Shown here: piece after piece, positions 38,491-52,742 of the stretch | Layout: each line of letters starts with the position of its first letter | Position numbering within the stretch: position 1 is the stretch's first letter | Assembly (NCBI GenBank): GCA_001949185.1 | Contig: BDGG01000004.1 | Location: 3,355,267-3,419,266, forward strand | Direction of reading: 5' to 3' | DNA length: 64,000 nucleotides | From: Ramazzottius varieornatus | Lineage: Eukaryota; Animalia; Tardigrada | Translations under genes and position numbers: made by a program | The notes under the pieces: model-generated | What the model was told of the DNA's origin: nothing | The model's database searches: none | Seen by the model: only the letters and a program-made list of their open reading frames with translations

Positions 38491-41400
38491 ATGTCCGAGT
38501 GGAAGTCCTGTATATCCCAGAACATCGTTGGGATGGCCGTATGTAATTTCCGGGGAGCGGAACTGATACCACAATATGGGCTGAATGTTGTGCTTGGAGA
38601 TCGAATTAGACTGATAGAGGGTGAGTCAGCTTTCATGAATTTCTTTCTTGTTGACATTCCTCGCCACTTTGGCTGATGGAATGCTGTTTGATGGTGCGAT
38701 ATGCACAACTTTATTAATTTTTGCGTGATAATTTGGCAGAAAATGACGCATGGTTTAGAGGACAATTGGACAAACCATCAGCAACAGGTGTCTTCCCCAA
38801 GAACATCGTCCATATCAAGCATGTCAACATTGAATTTGACCATCGCCTGGGAGAAACAGTCGTCTTCCACCAAGAACCGCAAATGGCGCAGGAAATTAGC
38901 AACACGCTGAAAGAGTGGGGACAGAATGCCAGAAACTTATTCCTGTCAGGTTAGTCAAGGAAATTCGCATATGCAGTATATAGACAGGAAATGTATACAG
39001 TGCAGTATTCATATATACAGGCGTGTTTTATCGAATTTTGTTCAGGTGACGAGAACCTGCGGACCTTGAGGCGAATTGGTTATGATTTGGTGGAGAAAAG
39101 GAAGCAAATACTGTCGGGCGCACTTCCGCAAGATGAACTAAGGGGCGTACAGAGCGAAGCAGTGGTAAAGCTGGACGAAGGAAACAGTCTTCTGAAGCTC
39201 GACACGATTATTCGAGACGAGAATGGCATTGCCGTGAATTTAGATCGTTTGAGCCTGGTCGAAATACATCGATTGTTTAAGCGAGCGCAGCTAAATTCCG
39301 CCCTTCCGTCGGACATCAAGAAGCACGATGTGCAACGGTACTCCCTGTCCTGCTGCTTCTTGTTCCACTTGCGAAGTGTGGTGTGGAAGATTGTCGATGA
39401 CGCCGATGTCATCGTGAGTATCTACGACGAAGCCAAGTCCAGCTTCTTGACGGAGAACTGTGTATTGGAGTGGACACACAGCAAACAGGCCTTGACATAT
39501 GGCGGAAAGATCCTGTTTGCTGACTTGAAGCGTTTTACAGATTCGGCACATTTGTATTTGGTGTGCCAAATCATTAGGAAAGGCAACATGGAATGGAGAG
39601 ATAACGTCGAAGGCGCCCCGAAGAGAACATCGTCACAGGTACGAAGTCTCGTCCTTGTTTTTCGGTTTTTTTCTGATTTCACTACGCACGGCCTTGACTA
39701 TCAGCAGCTCGGCTTCAAGGCCGTGCCGTAAGTATAACTACGCTTTCCGGTCACCTTCCTTGTCCAAAGTAGTTTATTGATTGTGTGCGTTCTGCAGGTT
39801 GTGAAAAGGCCTTTTGGAGTGGCAGTGTTAGCTATCACACCTTTCCTAAATCGCACTGGAGCAGTCGAAGACGACGAACGAAAGGAATGCCTCTTCGCGC
39901 CCATTGTATTCAACGGAGAAAGCGAATCAATGGTCAACACGATCCGCAGAGCTCTGCTCCTCAAGCCAACCGTAGAACAGCGTGGGCAGTCGGGCTTGCT
40001 GATCACCGGCGCGATATACCCTGGTGGAGTGAAACAAGTTCGAGAGGAGTACCCACAGGTCTTTGTGGGTAGTCCGCCGGTCTGCCGAATCCTCGGTTAC
40101 CCTGATGTCATCGTCCCATCCGACGTTCGAAATGACATTTACATCACGTTGGACAGAGCTGAATTCCGAAACGCCGGAGCCAGAAACATCGAGGTATATA
40201 CCGAACTTTCGAGAGATAACTAGCTCTGTTTCTGTACCGTTGTGACGACGTATCAATACTTTAATTTGCGTTTTTCGGTTGTATAGGTGTCTGTCAGTGT
40301 TTGTGACGAGCAGGGCAAGCTTCTTCCCGAAGCCGTTTGTGCCGGGGTTGGTGCTGCTCTGACCGACAAGTATCTCTCCTGCGTCTACTACCACAAAGAC
40401 GCTCCAGTGTGGAATGAGACGCTGAAGGTTTCTGTCGGGTTCGAAGACTTCTCCACTTCACACGTCCGCTTCCTCTTCAAGCACCGCTCGTCAAACGAAA
40501 CGAAAGATAAAGCGGAGAAACCATTTGCTTTGGCGTACCTGCCTCTGAAAAGCGAAGACGGCACCGCGTTACAGGACAAGTCGTACGACTTGGCTCTGTA
40601 CCGAATCGACAGCAGGAAAGTGACTGAGGAGAACCTTCCTTCATGCTACCTCAGCCTACCGTTTGAGAACTCGGCTGCTAAGAACGAGGTGTCGGCCAAT
40701 GTGACGAATGGTACTGGGAAAGCAGTGGTTGGTCCATCCGCAGGATGTTATTTGTATAGTTCGAAGGAAACCTTCTCGGCATCAAGTCTGGTCTACTCGA
40801 CAAAGCTGACGCAGAACTTGAGTCTTCTCGGTCTGCTGAAGTGGCGGTCGGGACACTTTGCCTTGGATAGCAACCTGCGCGCCCTTCCGATGCAGAGCGG
40901 TGCACAGGTACACAATTGAAGAATTCTGACTTGTCCGCCCGTATAGACTCCCAAATACTTACCATAGTTTTCCTTCAGGTTGTTCGGTTTCTGCGAGATA
41001 TACTCGACGTCCTCTTCGAGATACTCTCCTCACAGAACGGCGTCTCCGACAATTATGACGTTCAAGTCTTCGAAGCTCTGGTCTTTCTGATCGAGCTGGT
41101 CACTCGTGAATTTCAAAACTTTCGCAGTACTCTGGAGATGTACATCAAGGAAGACTTCTGCGCTACTCTGGGATACCAGAAGCTAATTCAGCGGCTGTCG
41201 TTCCTGATTAGTGACATGACGGTGCCCTCAGACGGTCCTCGGATGTTCTTCATCAAAACCATGAGGGGGCTCGAGTACATCTTCAAGTTCATTGTGCAGT
41301 CGCGGCTGCTGTACGCCAAAATGAACCAAAACCAAGGCGAGCACGAGTTCCGTGATTCCATGGAGGCCTTGCTAAAGTCTCTGGCCGACTTTATGCACCG

Positions 41401-44400
41401 CGATGTCCAGACATTCCAGACAGCTCAAGGATCTGCCTTGAAATTCATCCCTTCAATCATTCCTGAAATTTTAAAAGTAAAGCAGCTCTTCCTGAACATA
41501 TTTCGCAGTGCAGTGATCAGTAATTTTTTCGTGCAGGTTATGGATCCGGTGACAGTCAGCAAATTCTTCGTGGAGCTGATTCGGAACGCTCCCACCGGAA
41601 GGTTCCTCTCACAGCTCCTGGAGTGTGTTCTGGCTGTCGTCCAAAGTCCGCTGTTTCAGCTGAGCGAATGCCGCAATGTCCTGATGCGCTTCATCTGCCA
41701 GTATCTCCACGAACTGTACATGGCTAAGCGAGACCTCGCTGCTTGCGCGGTTGTCATCAGTGAGATGCTGATGCTGCTGTCCGCGTCGGGTGTTGGACCA
41801 ACGCACAAAGACTTGTCCATTCTGATCGACATTCTACTACCCGACGTGGTTGAAACTGTCATCCAGCTTGACGAAAACAGTCCGGTGGTAAGTCAGGGGT
41901 TGAAATGGCAGGTCGGCCAGCTTAATGCACGGGTTTCATGCACCTTTGTACTCACATCATCGTAAATATACGTTTCCATGTATGCAGGTGCCTGTCGACT
42001 GCTCAGTTGTCTATGTATAACATCTGTGTCACTGTTGTCACTCTTGTTAACTTTGAACCATATGCTTTATAGGTTCAGGATTACTTGGTCATCATGCTGA
42101 CCATCTTCCGGCAGATGACTGAAGCTCATTATAATGCCTTCCTCGCCACGTTCGAGACGGACATCTGCCTGCTGGATTTCCTTCAAAAGATTTTCGTCGC
42201 ATTCCGCGGAGTGCTCTTCAGCAAGTCTGTTTTCAAAGACGAATGGTCGGATATGATCATGATGAAGAACATGATCGTGCTACAAGTCCTGTCCCAGTTC
42301 TCGCTGATCATCCGCGAGCGCTTCCTGAAGCCGTTCACTGAACAGTTATGGAGTAATTCCTTCCAGTGTATGGTCGCCTTTACGACTCAAGAGTCGCTAC
42401 AACTAGAGAACTTTTCCGAGACCAAACAGAAGCGGATACGAAGAAGGTACGATGACATGCGGCTGAAGATGGCCTGCGAAGTCCGCGCCATGTGGAATAG
42501 TCTCTATAGTCACAAGAAGAAGTTCGTACCACACTTGGTCGGTGCGCTGCTGGAGATGAGTCTCATTCCAGTCGAAGAGCTTCGACGAGCCATCATACCC
42601 ATCTTCTTCGACATGATGCAGAGTGAGTTCCGTCTGCCTAAGACGAGCTCCTACGCGGATCCGGCTGAACTGAGTGCAGGCCGCCGGGAAATGATGGAAT
42701 ATCGCACCATTCAGGTAAGAATTTTCTTTCTTAGAGCAAAGTGTCTTTCCGTTTTTTTCAATTGTATTACTGTTATATTTCGTTTTTGGAACCATCAACG
42801 TGGCCAGATATTTATTGAGAATTATTTATTTTTATGGCGCTTTGTAGGGGAAGCTTCAAGCATTCGAACTACAGATGATCAAGTCTCTTGACGTATACAT
42901 CGAGGGAGGTCGCGGAGATGCGGCCTACGTCGAGCTCTTCGAGGAAATCATGGTCGAACGCTGCAATAACAACTCGCAAATGCGCGATAAAAGTCTACGC
43001 TTGGTTGATCAGCTCGTCGAACAGATGCGTCTATTGCTGGAGTACCGCAACGTCATGATGTCGTCCGACGTAGACATTGAATCGAGAATGTGTTGTACAG
43101 TCAATTTGCTGGAGTACTACGAGAAGATCTGCAAGCGGGAAATGTACATTCGGTATCTGTACAAACTTCGAGACCTTCACCTGCATCTAGGTATAACATT
43201 GCGTCTGGGGGCTCATCTAAGTAACATGAAAGCTAAAACGAGAATTTTCCCAAAAAACATAGTTACAAAACATTCTGTGTCAGGGTGAAAATTCTGGAAT
43301 CTTATCTTGGTTACTCTTTTCTGTCAGGAAATTATACCGAAGTGGCCTTTACATTGGAACATCACGCCCGGTTGCTTCTATGGACTGATGAGAACCTTCC
43401 CTCCACTCTGAAGCCCACCGACAAAATCAACCACGCTGAACACCTAGAGACACATCGTGAACTGAAAGAAGCCCTTTTTTACGAGATGATCCACTATTTT
43501 GACAAGGGCAAGGCATGGGAGTACGCCATCAATCGAGACAGCGGTATTAGCAGAGAAAACGGGGTCTTCAAAGAATTGATGACACTGTACGAGACCGATA
43601 CGTTCGAGTATCAAAAGCTGAGTAGCCTGCTAAAATCTATGGCGTCCTTCTACGACAAGGTGATCAGTCCACAAGAAACTCGGGTGCCTTGCGAGTACTT
43701 TCGCGTCGCTCACTATGGCAAAGGCTTCCCTACGTTTTGGAGGAACAAGGCCTTCGTGTACCGCGGGAAAGAGTGCGATAACATAAGGGACTTTACTGAA
43801 AGAATACAGAATCGTTTTCCGGGATGTGTAACCCTAAAGACGATGGATCCACCTGACGAGAAGATCACCGAATCGGACAAGATGTACCTCCAGGTATGGC
43901 ATTACTGTAATCTTGGTTCTTGTTGTGGTATCAATTGTAATTTGACATTACTATCCGTAATCCGTTACAGTTGGGAGCTGGGCAACGTACAAGCTCGTTA
44001 TCTGGAGCGGCGCACACTTCCAGCAAACAATAATGACATCGTGCGCCAGTTCAGATGTCGATCTTGCACAATTTGTTTACCCAGCTCGCAAGCCTTTTTA
44101 TTATTTTGCGTAACTGCACAAAATATAATGTATACTATACACCATAGTGTGTTACTTTATGAATGTATGCAGGTGCATGCAGAGGTCGGATTATGTTTCG
44201 ACTAGTAGTTTGGTCAACTGGTGTTTGACGATACACTTAATGTTGCAGATATGGAAAGTGGAACCGGTAAACCAAATCGATGATCGGTTCGGCGGTAAGC
44301 AAGTTAGTCACAGAATCCGAAGTTTTTTCTTGACGAACGACGTCAACACGTTCACCTACCATCGACGTTTGAGTACGAACGCCAAAGACTCGGACTTCGG

Positions 44401-45721
44401 CAGCCTCTGGCTAGAGCGAACCACCGTCACCACTCGTTCATCGCTTCCGGGTATCCTCCGCTGGTCCCAGATTGAAACCACGACCACCACCCAAGTCTCT
44501 CCTATCCAAAGCGCCATTGAGACCCTTCAGGCCAAGAATGATGATATCTACCGTCTAGTAGAGAAGTACCTGGAGAACCCTTCCGCCGAGATGGACCCAC
44601 AGATGGGTTCCGTTCTTGGTGGTGTTGTGGACCCAGCTGTGAACGGTGGTATCTCAAACTACGAGAAAGCTTTCTTCACGCCGAACTACCTAGACAGTCA
44701 TACTTCGTCAGATGATCGAGAGAAGATCGACGCGTTGAAGGACCTGATAGCCAATCAGGTTCCGCTGTTGGAAGCAGCTTTTGAAGTGTATAACCTGAAG
44801 GTGAAGGATAACATGCGTCCTTTTTACGCTCACATCTATGAGTGTTTCCAGAAGCAAAAGTCACACGTGGAAACTAGTTACGGAGTACGCCAAAGTATCT
44901 TCCCGAAGCTCGTGCCTAAACGAACGCAACCACAACCGGCTGCCAGATCGTACAGTAACGTGGAAATCCGGAAGAATGGGTCTTTCGTGTCGTACGATAT
45001 TCGACTAGACTCTGGTAACGCCCCATCCGTGAACGGGTCTAGTAGGACGAGCATGTCTTCTGGGAAGAAGAACCCGCTACGAAGTGCTGGAAGCCTTTCC
45101 ACCCTGTCGCTCAGAGGTAACTTTTGATGCCAACTCTAATAAATTGTTCCCTTATTTCCGTCTGAAACATTGTTCTGTAATAATTTGAGCATACATTTTA
45201 TCTGGATTTGTGATACAGGCAACCGGGAAAGTACAACGATAGCACCAATCCCACTCAACCAGCCTCTACCCGAATCTCTTCGTCCTCGTCGCGACACTGA
45301 CAAACGGATCACCCGTCCCACGAGCGGCAGTTCGCAGCACCAGCGTCGTTCCTTGGCGCTAGCGGAAGAAGAGTCCTCTCCTCCTCCAGCTCCGCCCTTG
45401 CCAGCCAAGAAGATGTCGCTGGATGGTTCCTCCAGTGGCACCTCTCTCGTCGAGAATGGCTTCACCACGGCTCCTCGTCGTCGACTGCGGACGTATGAAG
45501 ATCCGGGTTTGCTAGAAGACACAACTCCGCCCGAGAAGCCGCCACTGTCGCCATGTACGGGTGACGGACCTGATTTACCACCGAAGATCAATCGAACGCG
45601 AACGCCTCCGCTAAACTCCGTCATACCGAAGACGAACGAAGAAGATACTGCCTTGCCTTACTTGTTGGGGAATTCATCGTTTCTTCAACCTCCAGAGCCG
45701 AAGAGCGAAAGCTCTGCATAG
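38491..45721 (+). CDS. DOCK1: Dedicator of cytokinesis DOCK-A (DOCK1/myoblast city/CED-5) Rac GEF; multi-exon
   Basis: N-terminal SH3 (WFRG..TGVFPKNIVH), DHR-1/C2 (VRNDIYITL..PVWNETLKV..HVRFLFKHRS), DHR-2 (MYIRYLYKLRDLH, EYFRVAHYGKGFP, VLGGVVDPAVNGGISNYEKAFF) and Pro-rich tail (PPPAPPLPAK). Confidence 0.96.
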
Positions 45722-45970
45722 TATTTTCTACTGACAAGAAAGCTTCTAAATTGACAGCTATTTTTCTTGGCAAGCTGACCTAATCTTTCAACTGTGATTC
45801 TTGTTAGCGTTCTTCGAGTTTTAATTTTGATTAATATTTGAACGTCTTCCTTACATTCTTTTTCCATAGTTTGATCTGCTTTTTCGTTTTGTGCAATCTG
45901 CGTTGTGCGGCTGCTCTGCATGTGAATTTTATTTTCTTTGTATACGATAAGACTAAGGAAAACCATAATT

Positions 45971-48900
45971 TTAAAACTCTGACAAGGAGATGGTTGACGT
46001 AAAATCATCGACTAAAACAGAACCACTTCGCACTCTCTTCCAAAACTGGGTAAGAGTTGCTCGCTCAGCCGAATGGCGAAGTGTAAGACACAGTCTTTGT
46101 AAACAAGGACAATCTTCCAGAACGTTCATCAAAAGCGGTAGAATTTGCCCTACCGAAGAGATGCCTCTAACGTCAATATCAGACCATGGAATGTTTTTCT
46201 CCTTCACAGTTCGAAATAACAGCTCACCTTCAGTGGCGCCAAGCGAAAGATTATGAGCTAAGCTGATTTTCCGCAAAGCTCGGAAGCTATAAAGACAATC
46301 CAAGACCTGAGCAAAGTTCTCTGAGGAGATACCGCAGTGAGCTAGAGAGAGTTCTTCGACATGCACTGGCGTCTTACTTACGCCTGCCAAGAACCTCTGC
46401 GGGAGTAGATGACCATCGGTCATCGTGAAGGACAATTTGACTACCTTTATGTTCTCCGGGAGAATCGACATCAACTTTGCCACGCCCTTGGACTGAAGCT
46501 TGTTGAAGGCTAACGACAACTTCCGCAGTCGAGGAGGTCTAGCAAGTGCTGCTCCAAAGATCAGTTCGCAGCCATCGAGACAACCGGAAGTGAAACCGCA
46601 GTCGTCAAGCGTAAGTGAGGTCAAGTCAGGTAGCTCCATCAGCATGGTAGCGAGGAGTGGAAGACAGTCGTCAGTGAAGTCGTTGTGGCCCATGTGGAGT
46701 TCTGAGAGGTTCTGCAGTGACTTCGAGGTCGACGTGACGAGCTCGGTCTTGAGCGCTTCTAGACTGGCGATGCCCAGATCCGTGCATGTCAGGTTGAGTA
46801 TGGTCAAGTTTGGAATCGAAGGAAGAATATCTGAAAATGGAGTATGATGATCCCTTTTATTTTTTATTTCTCTTCAGTTTCGTTTCTTTATACATTTTGT
46901 TACTTTTCAGGAAAGCTGAATAAGACAAATATTTTTTTCCGCCTACGAGAGATTTTGAACGAGACAGTATTTACCTATCAGAGCGGAGAAACCGGTGTCG
47001 CCCATGGGATTGCCTTCCAGAGAGAGTTCCTTGATATTAGTCTCGAAGTGAAGAGCTCGAAGAAGGCAAGAGACACGTTTCGAATCTAGATTCAGTTCGC
47101 TGGCTTGAACCACCCCGCTATCATTCGCCGTGGTTAGAACTTGCTCGAGACTTCTTATCACAGAACTACCCAATGTTTGACACGCCTTCGCATATCTCTC
47201 AGAGATAGGCAGAATGCTCCAGGACACCACTTCGCCGATCAGCTCTTCCGCCTCACTAGCCACATCGCAGATCTGATCGAGAGCCGACAGCATGGCTCCA
47301 TCTTGGATCTTCATAAGGAGAACCGGCTTCTGCCCTTTCATCTCAGCGTACCGGTTGGCCGCCTCGTCTTTCAGCCATGCGACGGTACGCTCTGAACTTG
47401 CGGAGAGGGGAATGAGGACAACTGTCTCTTGGATGCGTACTCGCACCCGTCTGATCGGCTGTGTAGCACGAGCTGCAGAGGGAGGCAAGATCACAGCTAG
47501 TGACGGTGCAGTAATCACTGAAAGTGGCGGTTGGTCTGGAGGAGTGGCGAAGTGGGCTTGTGAAGGGGGTGCCGCAGGAGACAAGTTGCCAACCGCCGGT
47601 GTCAGTGCTGGAGAAGACGGAAAGCCTTTGTCGATACGGCTTGTGCTAGAGTCTACTCCTGACCTGGAAGGGCGTTCTGGCGAAATGGAGGTCCTGTCGT
47701 GGTCAGCAGAGGACAATGAAAGGTGGCCTGCAATCAAAAGTAAAACTAATTAGACGAACTCTCGTTGATCCGCGTTTAAGTCTTATCATACCGCTGTTTT
47801 TGCCCTTCACGCTTGGCAGGGCACTTTCTCCCGAAGATCGCGTGGTCTTCCTCTTCGACCCCGAAGACTGTCGCATACCAGAGGTATAAAACAAGTCCGC
47901 GGCAGTCTTGGACATCTTTTCTCCATTGTCCGAGACCATATCTGTGATGAGCCAGTCGTCCCCCACAAACTCATCAGCCGGTATCAGCGGTCCAGTCTTC
48001 GCTGGTTCCAGAGCTTCGGGCGTCGGCGCTCGTTTACGCTTCTCCTGCCGTCTTCTATTTCCCTTCATGCTTTCGATAGTATCTCGATAGGTTTCAGCCG
48101 CGTTCTCCTCTAGATGAGGAGAAGGTGTCCGCTTTCGGCTCTTCTTGGCGGAAGACATGTCGTCCTGCTTCTCGGCAGTTCGCGGTGCTTTCTGTACTTT
48201 TAAACGCAAGTCTTCGTGCTTCACTCCGGCTTGTATCATGGCCGCTTGTACGTCCGCCACGAGGTCGTCAAATTTCTTCTCGGTTTCTTTGTCCATGGGT
48301 TCTTTGCGGAAGTTTTCATTCCTCCAGGTCATCAGTGCGTCAATAATAGACTTCTTGTCGTCATCTCGACATTTGACGTTAGCCCCTCGATTCAGCAACA
48401 GCCCAACCATGTCCAGATTACCTACGCACATGCAAGGTGCCATTGATAGAACATTAGTCAATACACTGGATTTACCCTGCAGTATTTCATTTTTGAATTA
48501 TTTTTGTTTTGTAAAACTCTTTGCCGGCTGCAATTTAGGTGATCAACATGAGACCAAATTACCTGCGTATGCGGCGTCTAATATGGGAGTGAGGCCTCTG
48601 CACTCTTTGAGGCCGCGGTCGTTCAAAGAAGCGTTGTGCTCGATGAGAAAAGTTGCTATCTCGAGGTGATTGTGGTTCGCCGCTTCGTGGATGGGGAGCC
48701 AGCCGCAATGATCCCGCACGTTGACCGGATGCCCTTGTGCTACCAACTGCTTGACCCGTTTCACATTACCTTGGATAACGGCAGTGTGCAACAGAGTCTC
48801 ACCCTTCTCGTTCTTGCTGACTCTGTAACCACCGCGAGCTCTGCTCTTCCCCACACCTATCGGGAGAAAACCTATCTATCAAAGTGTCGATTTTACTCGA

Positions 48901-50760
48901 TTAAAAGTGTAAATATTTACTGTTCTCTTCGTTATGTTCTTCTTCCGAATCAGTCGCACTACTGAGATCTTCCAATTCCGGCGTCGAGGATCTGTCCACT
49001 CGTTCACTTCCTTCCTCCTCGGATTCTTCGTCGAGGTCCAAACCACTTTCTATTTCGCGCATCTCATTCTGGATATTAGAAATCTTCTCCTTGTCTTCGT
49101 TGGCCACCAGCAACGTCTCACACTGATCCCGCAGACACCGAAAAAGCAGCTTTTGCTTGCCAGACTTCTTTGCCTCTTTGACAGCGTCCTCGTAGCAAGT
49201 CAACGTGGCAGCGTTGTTCAGGCCACTTTTGTGCGAGTAATCCGCGATATTGAGCCATGTTCGACACCGCTGCTCCGGCTCGTCTCGAAGTGCTAGCTCG
49301 GAACGAGAGTAGCGTATGGCATCGGTGAAATTCCTGAGGTCTGAACTAGTCTGGGCCAGCGAAACGTAGATGGCAGCCAATTCCGCGTTCGAAGAACCGC
49401 TCTCTTTCGCCAGTTCCAGAACCTGCGGTAAAATCCAAACCGGTTTTCGGAGTATGGCTTCTAGGCATCTTTGTGCGAACTATATACAAACACGTGGGTG
49501 TATCATACCTGTTTATAATATCTCATACCGGAAGAAAAGCAGTCATTGCCGCAGTACTCGTCCGCAATGGACTCAAGGTACTTCATGTTATTCTTGTCGT
49601 CCGCCGACTTGTTCATGTGGTTGATCGCCGACTGGACATTCCTGAGCCCAGCCAGCATTCTCTTGGCCTTGGGCTTGAAGTCATCTCCCAATGCCTTGGA
49701 CTGCAGAATCTTCTTCAGACAATGTCGTGACTCCAGAAATGCGTGCATCTCAAAGGCCACTGCTGCTCGCAGAAGTAAGATTTCTCCGACAACAGCCTTG
49801 TCTTTACTCTTTCTGGCAAGCACGTAGGCGCTTTTAGCGAACTCTTGGGCGGACTCCAGGTGTCCCATCTTCTGCGACATGGAGCCGAGCGCCACCAAGC
49901 ATCTCGTTTCTTCCTCCTCGTTCTTGGCCACCTTGATCTGCGTTCGAGCATCCTACAAACAGAAAACCGTAACTGTTACAGGGCGAAGCATACGAAAGCA
50001 AAGGATACTAACACAGCATACGAGCGACAGGAGAAACAGTTCGGAAATTAACGCGAGGCAAGACGGATGAATCGGCCACCCACGTTTTGTGCCTGAATGA
50101 CGTCACAACGGGAACGAAAGTTGATTGGGTGGCCGATCCAACCGCAATGGCCGACTTGTCATTCTGATACATAATTTGTACCTGCAGAAATTTGAGAGCT
50201 TTCATGTAATTCCCGCTCAGTTCGAAGCATATTCCCAGATTCAAATACAGTCTTCCCACCATCAGCGAGTATTCTTTACCCTGTTGCTTGGCCATTTCGT
50301 CTCTCAGCAGCAATGCGAAATCCAGGCTGAGGTTGAACGATTCTAAAGCCTTGGTGAGGCATTCACGAAGTTCGCCCGTAGCTTCTGCTCGACATAGATA
50401 CGTCCGACCAAGAGTAGCATGTGCTCGTTGCTGTTCGATATCGCTGTCTAGCTCCCGCACGATCTCGAGGTATGTTTTTTGGAATCGTTCAGCTTTCTCG
50501 AACTCCTCCATATCACAGTAACATTCACCGATCTTGCGGTTGGCAATAGCGATGCCCATCCGATCTTTGATCTTCTGGCACATTTCGAGCTCCGTCTCGT
50601 GCTCACTGATGGCGTCTTCGTATCTTCCATCGTTCCTCAGCAGTTCACCCAAATAGTTACATATCGTCGCCACCTCCTTCCAGTTTCCTTTCACCTTGTT
50701 ATTCTGTTTGTCTCTCGACAAGTCATCGATCTCTGATTTCGTTCCAGTTTTCCTAACCAT
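45971..50760 (-). CDS. TONSL: Tonsoku-like protein (TPR, ankyrin, ubiquitin-like, LRR); multi-exon
   Basis: TPRs (ICNYLGELL..AIANRKIGECY..QQRAHATLGRTYL), ankyrin repeats (KNEKGETLLHTA..VNVRDHCGWLPIHEAANH), UBL (RVRVRIQETVVLIP..TVAWLKDEAANRY) and LRRs. ATG 50760 lies just after a 5'UTR acceptor. Confidence 0.94.
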
Positions 50761-51409
50761 TCTCTGCAACAAGCATTCTCTTCATCTTGCCATATACGAA
50801 ATTCTGCTCTGACATTCATGTTCGTATGACGTGTCTAGCACCAGTGCTGGTACTTACCCTCCAATAATATGACGAGATGGGTCGAAGAGTGTTGACTGAC
50901 ACAATGTAAATCCTCGAGTTTGCTTACGATTGCGTGGGCATAACGGTGGACTCAAGAAGGTTCTAACGGAAGAAAGACCACAGTTTTTGGATGTCAGTCA
51001 ACCGTAGCCTTCGAGATGGATGTGTAGCCATGGCGGATCTGAGCGACAATCTTTCTGGAAGAGCATAAAAGACCCAGACAATTGGAAATTCTGACAAAAT
51101 CAGGCAGACAACAATGGGAAAATACGATTTCCGCCTTATACAGGATGAGTCATCGGTAGGTCAGAGTCATATAAGATATAACATGACTTACATGAGCAAA
51201 ACAATCAGCTGTCTTGGCTACGCATTGAATTCCCCTTTTATCTGTCCATCAACTTCCCAACTTCCAAGCATCCCTTCATGTTGCCTTCAGGGCAGTCTGA
51301 TGATCTGCAGTAGTACTTTGACCATTTGGACTCCCGGGACTTGTATAACAGGACGAACCTTCGAGTGGAGTAGTACTTAACAGAGGAATCATTCATTCAC
51401 TTGGTCAGA

Positions 51410-51962
51410 ATGTCTCGACTAGCATCGTCGTCTTCGTCCTTGGTCAGCAGGGTGGCAGGCTCCGGGCTCACACGGGAAGTAAAGCCTCTTGTATCGACAT
51501 CCAAAAGGGAAGCTCGGCAACGCGTCTTGAACCTGTACCGATCATGGTATCGACAAATGCCCTATATCAGTAAGTTCGACCCTCGGAAGGTTCTGAAGTT
51601 GCGGTTGCTGACGTGATTTCTGTCTTCATTTTGTAGTGATGGACTATTATGTTCCTGTCAGCGTGGCTGATTGTCGCAAGAGGCTAAAGGAAGTCTTTGC
51701 AGCAAACAGACATTTGACGGATATACGAGCCATCGATATGCTTGTCATAAAGGTAATGCGGGACTGCTGGCAATAAACTGCGGCTGTGATTGCGGACTAC
51801 CGTGCACTTTACAGTTTGTGTCTCGTTTAGGGTCAGATGGAGCTCCGGGAGACTATCGAGGTATGGAAGCAGAAGACACACTTCATGATGTACTTCCGAG
51901 ACACGGTGAAGCAAAAACCTTCCGAAGGATTTCTTTCAAAGTTTCTGGATGGAAAAAGCTGA
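51410..51962 (+). CDS. NDUFA6: NADH dehydrogenase 1 alpha subcomplex subunit 6 (LYR protein); 3 exons
   Basis: [39 protein letters not shown]|[30 protein letters not shown]. Confidence 0.95.
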
Positions 51963-52742
51963 CTTGCATCCCTATGAAAATTTGATGGGGAATAGGGCAG
52001 TGTTTGTGGGTTGGAGTTTGTGTGTGGACAACCAGATGGTTCTTATGTGAGTGATTGGCCTAGGGTTTAGTCCCCTGCAAGGAAATTAAAAGCTGATCGA
52101 TTCAATAGAAACTGCATTATTCGTTCAGAAGATATGTTTGCAGAACTGTTTCGCAGAGATGCTTTTATGGCCAGTACCTGGTTTCTCCCTGATTTGAATT
52201 CATATCGCGTGTACATAAATACTCTTGTGCTGACCGGGGAACACGTATCTGCTTGCTGTGGTTCGTGGACGTAGAGCTATTTGCAAATCCATTGTAGCTT
52301 CCGCGTCGAAGTCACCACTGGTCAGGTGAGCCTAGAGGAGCAGCCGGAGCTCTAGAGTGTAAGCTTAGTACACCGTGCACTTACGGGACAGGCCATATTA
52401 CGTATCACATTCGAAGCTCCCTGGCTCTTACCTACAGACAGAGTATACGTAAGGAAACTACACATATGCATAATTCTGTTGGAAAACTCAGTCGTATTTA
52501 CCCGAATAAGTATTTTGTGCTCTTTCCTCAGGTGGGACAACTGAAGGATCTGCTGACAGATTGTGGACAAGAGTGCATTAACTACTGCTGGGGATGCCAA
52601 CCCGCTCGCTGACCGCTGTAGACCAGCCGGAGCCGTAAGTGAATACATATCCCTGCCATGGTACAGTAGCAGACGCCTGTTGCTCGCGTCCGATGCATTG
52701 TTTGGATGTCGTTGTTCCAGGACTGGACATAAGCACGTGAAG

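Noticed and set aside
46843-46920. ATGATGA...CTGA pair in a TONSL intron suggesting a C/D snoRNA
   Set aside because: It is on the strand antisense to the host gene and has no evident guide sequence.
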